Made by a program: the position numbers and the translations under genes
From: a virus
Lineage: Duplodnaviria > Heunggongvirae > Uroviricota > Caudoviricetes
DNA: 5,380 nucleotides
IMG/VR virus record: IMGVR_UViG_2667527898_000018
Strand: one strand, 5' to 3'
Shown: in pieces, positions 4,970 through 5,380 of the stretch
Position numbering within the stretch: the first letter of the stretch is position 1
Layout: every line of letters starts with the position of its first letter
The notes under the pieces: generated by a model
Databases searched by the model: none
What the model was told of the DNA's origin: nothing
The model's input: only the letters and a program-made list of their open reading frames with translations

Positions 4970-5106
4970 CCATTAATCACCAGATGCTTCGTGCTGCACA
5001 GAACAAAGCAGTAATAGCCCGATTTATTGGTGATTCAAAAATGTGGCTTGAAGCAAATAAAGCGATGAAATCAGCTATCAACCTTCCGTGGTATCGCAGG
5101 AAATGA
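4954..5106 (+). CDS. kil: Kil-like small protein (candidate host cell-division inhibitor), 50 aa; absent from the ORF track
   Basis: My translation from the ATG at 4954 is MRNEIAINHQMLRAAQNKAVIARFIGDSKMWLEANKAMKSAINLPWYRRK. RBS GGAGG at 4945-4949. It overlaps the 3' end of the cIII-like gene by 16 nt in another frame, as cIII and kil overlap in lambda. IARFIGDSKMWLEA resembles the recalled lambda Kil segment IATFIGDEKMFREA. Confidence 0.5.
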   Translation: MRNEIAINHQMLRAAQNKAVIARFIGDSKMWLEANKAMKSAINLPWYRRK

Positions 5107-5178
5107 GTTTTACAGATAACTGGTCAGACGAAGAATTCATTCGTCAGATGAAAGAATTAATCGGTAACGAAGGATGAG
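5104..5178 (+). pseudogene. Possible 5' remnant of an early-left gene truncated by the IS insertion (24 codons)
   Basis: ATG at 5104 overlaps the kil-like stop in ATGA. The frame (MSFTDNWSDEEFIRQMKELIGNEG) runs to a TGA at 5176-5178 that coincides with the first bases of the putative IS terminal inverted repeat. No RBS judgement possible; could equally be a genuine micro-ORF or noise. Confidence 0.25.
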
Positions 5179-5380
5179 GTGTACTGGCAATAGCGGACAC
5201 TACCATTTGTTCTTTTTTTAAGTAGCTATCTGATGATATTTTTCCCTGAAGGCTGCCGGGGAGATATTCCCCAGACGAGAGTGACGACGCTGACGATTGT
5301 AGAAAATCTCAATGTATTCCCGTATTACTGAGATGGCTTCATCCCGGTTATTAAAACGATAGTAGCTCAGGCTCTCATAT
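5176..5380 (-). mobile_element. IS3-family insertion sequence, terminal inverted repeat and 3' end, continuing beyond the window
   Basis: Plus strand from 5176 reads TGAGGTGTACTGGCAATAGCGGACAC, resembling the recalled IS3 terminal repeat pattern TGATCTTACCCAGCAATAGTGGACAC. The adjacent minus-strand ORF encodes a typical IS3-family OrfB C-terminus. Boundary is approximate (about 5 bp either way). Confidence 0.7.
5218..5380 (-). CDS. IS3-family transposase OrfB, C-terminal 53 codons (partial; 5' part lies beyond the window)
   Basis: My minus-strand translation is …YESLSYYRFNNRDEAISVIREYIEIFYNRQRRHSRLGNISPAAFREKYHQIAT*, with the FYN..RRHS.LG..SP..F motif of the IS3-family integrase-core C-terminus. 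Stop codon is the complement of 5218-5220. Not in the ORF track because it runs off the window. Confidence 0.8.
   Translation of the reverse strand, partial: YESLSYYRFNNRDEAISVIREYIEIFYNRQRRHSRLGNISPAAFREKYHQIAT

Noticed and set aside
1-5380. CRISPR arrays, tRNA or rRNA genes
   Set aside because: No regularly spaced direct repeats and no tRNA- or rRNA-like sequence were seen; the only repeated elements are short operator-like motifs and the two boxB hairpins.

Overview
This window reads as the immunity and early-left region of a lambdoid prophage, probably in an enterobacterial host, ending in an IS3-family insertion. Order on the + strand: cro-like gene (- strand) with a nutR-type boxB hairpin downstream of it; divergent operator region OR; cI-type S24 repressor; a three-gene, translationally coupled higB-higA-secB-like module; terminator; OL/PL-like operator region; nutL boxB hairpin; P22-type N antiterminator; an unknown 207-aa gene; an unknown acidic 122-aa gene; overlapping cIII-like and kil-like genes; then the IS boundary at about 5176. 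The stand-out feature is the higB-higA-secB-like module (1294-2635). It looks like a tripartite toxin-antitoxin-chaperone (TAC) system: a HigB toxin, a HigA antitoxin carrying a ~96-residue C-terminal extension, and a SecB-like chaperone. It sits in the cI-to-PL slot that rexAB occupies in lambda. All homology statements come from recalled family sequence patterns, not database searches; coordinates of regulatory sites are read by eye and are approximate.
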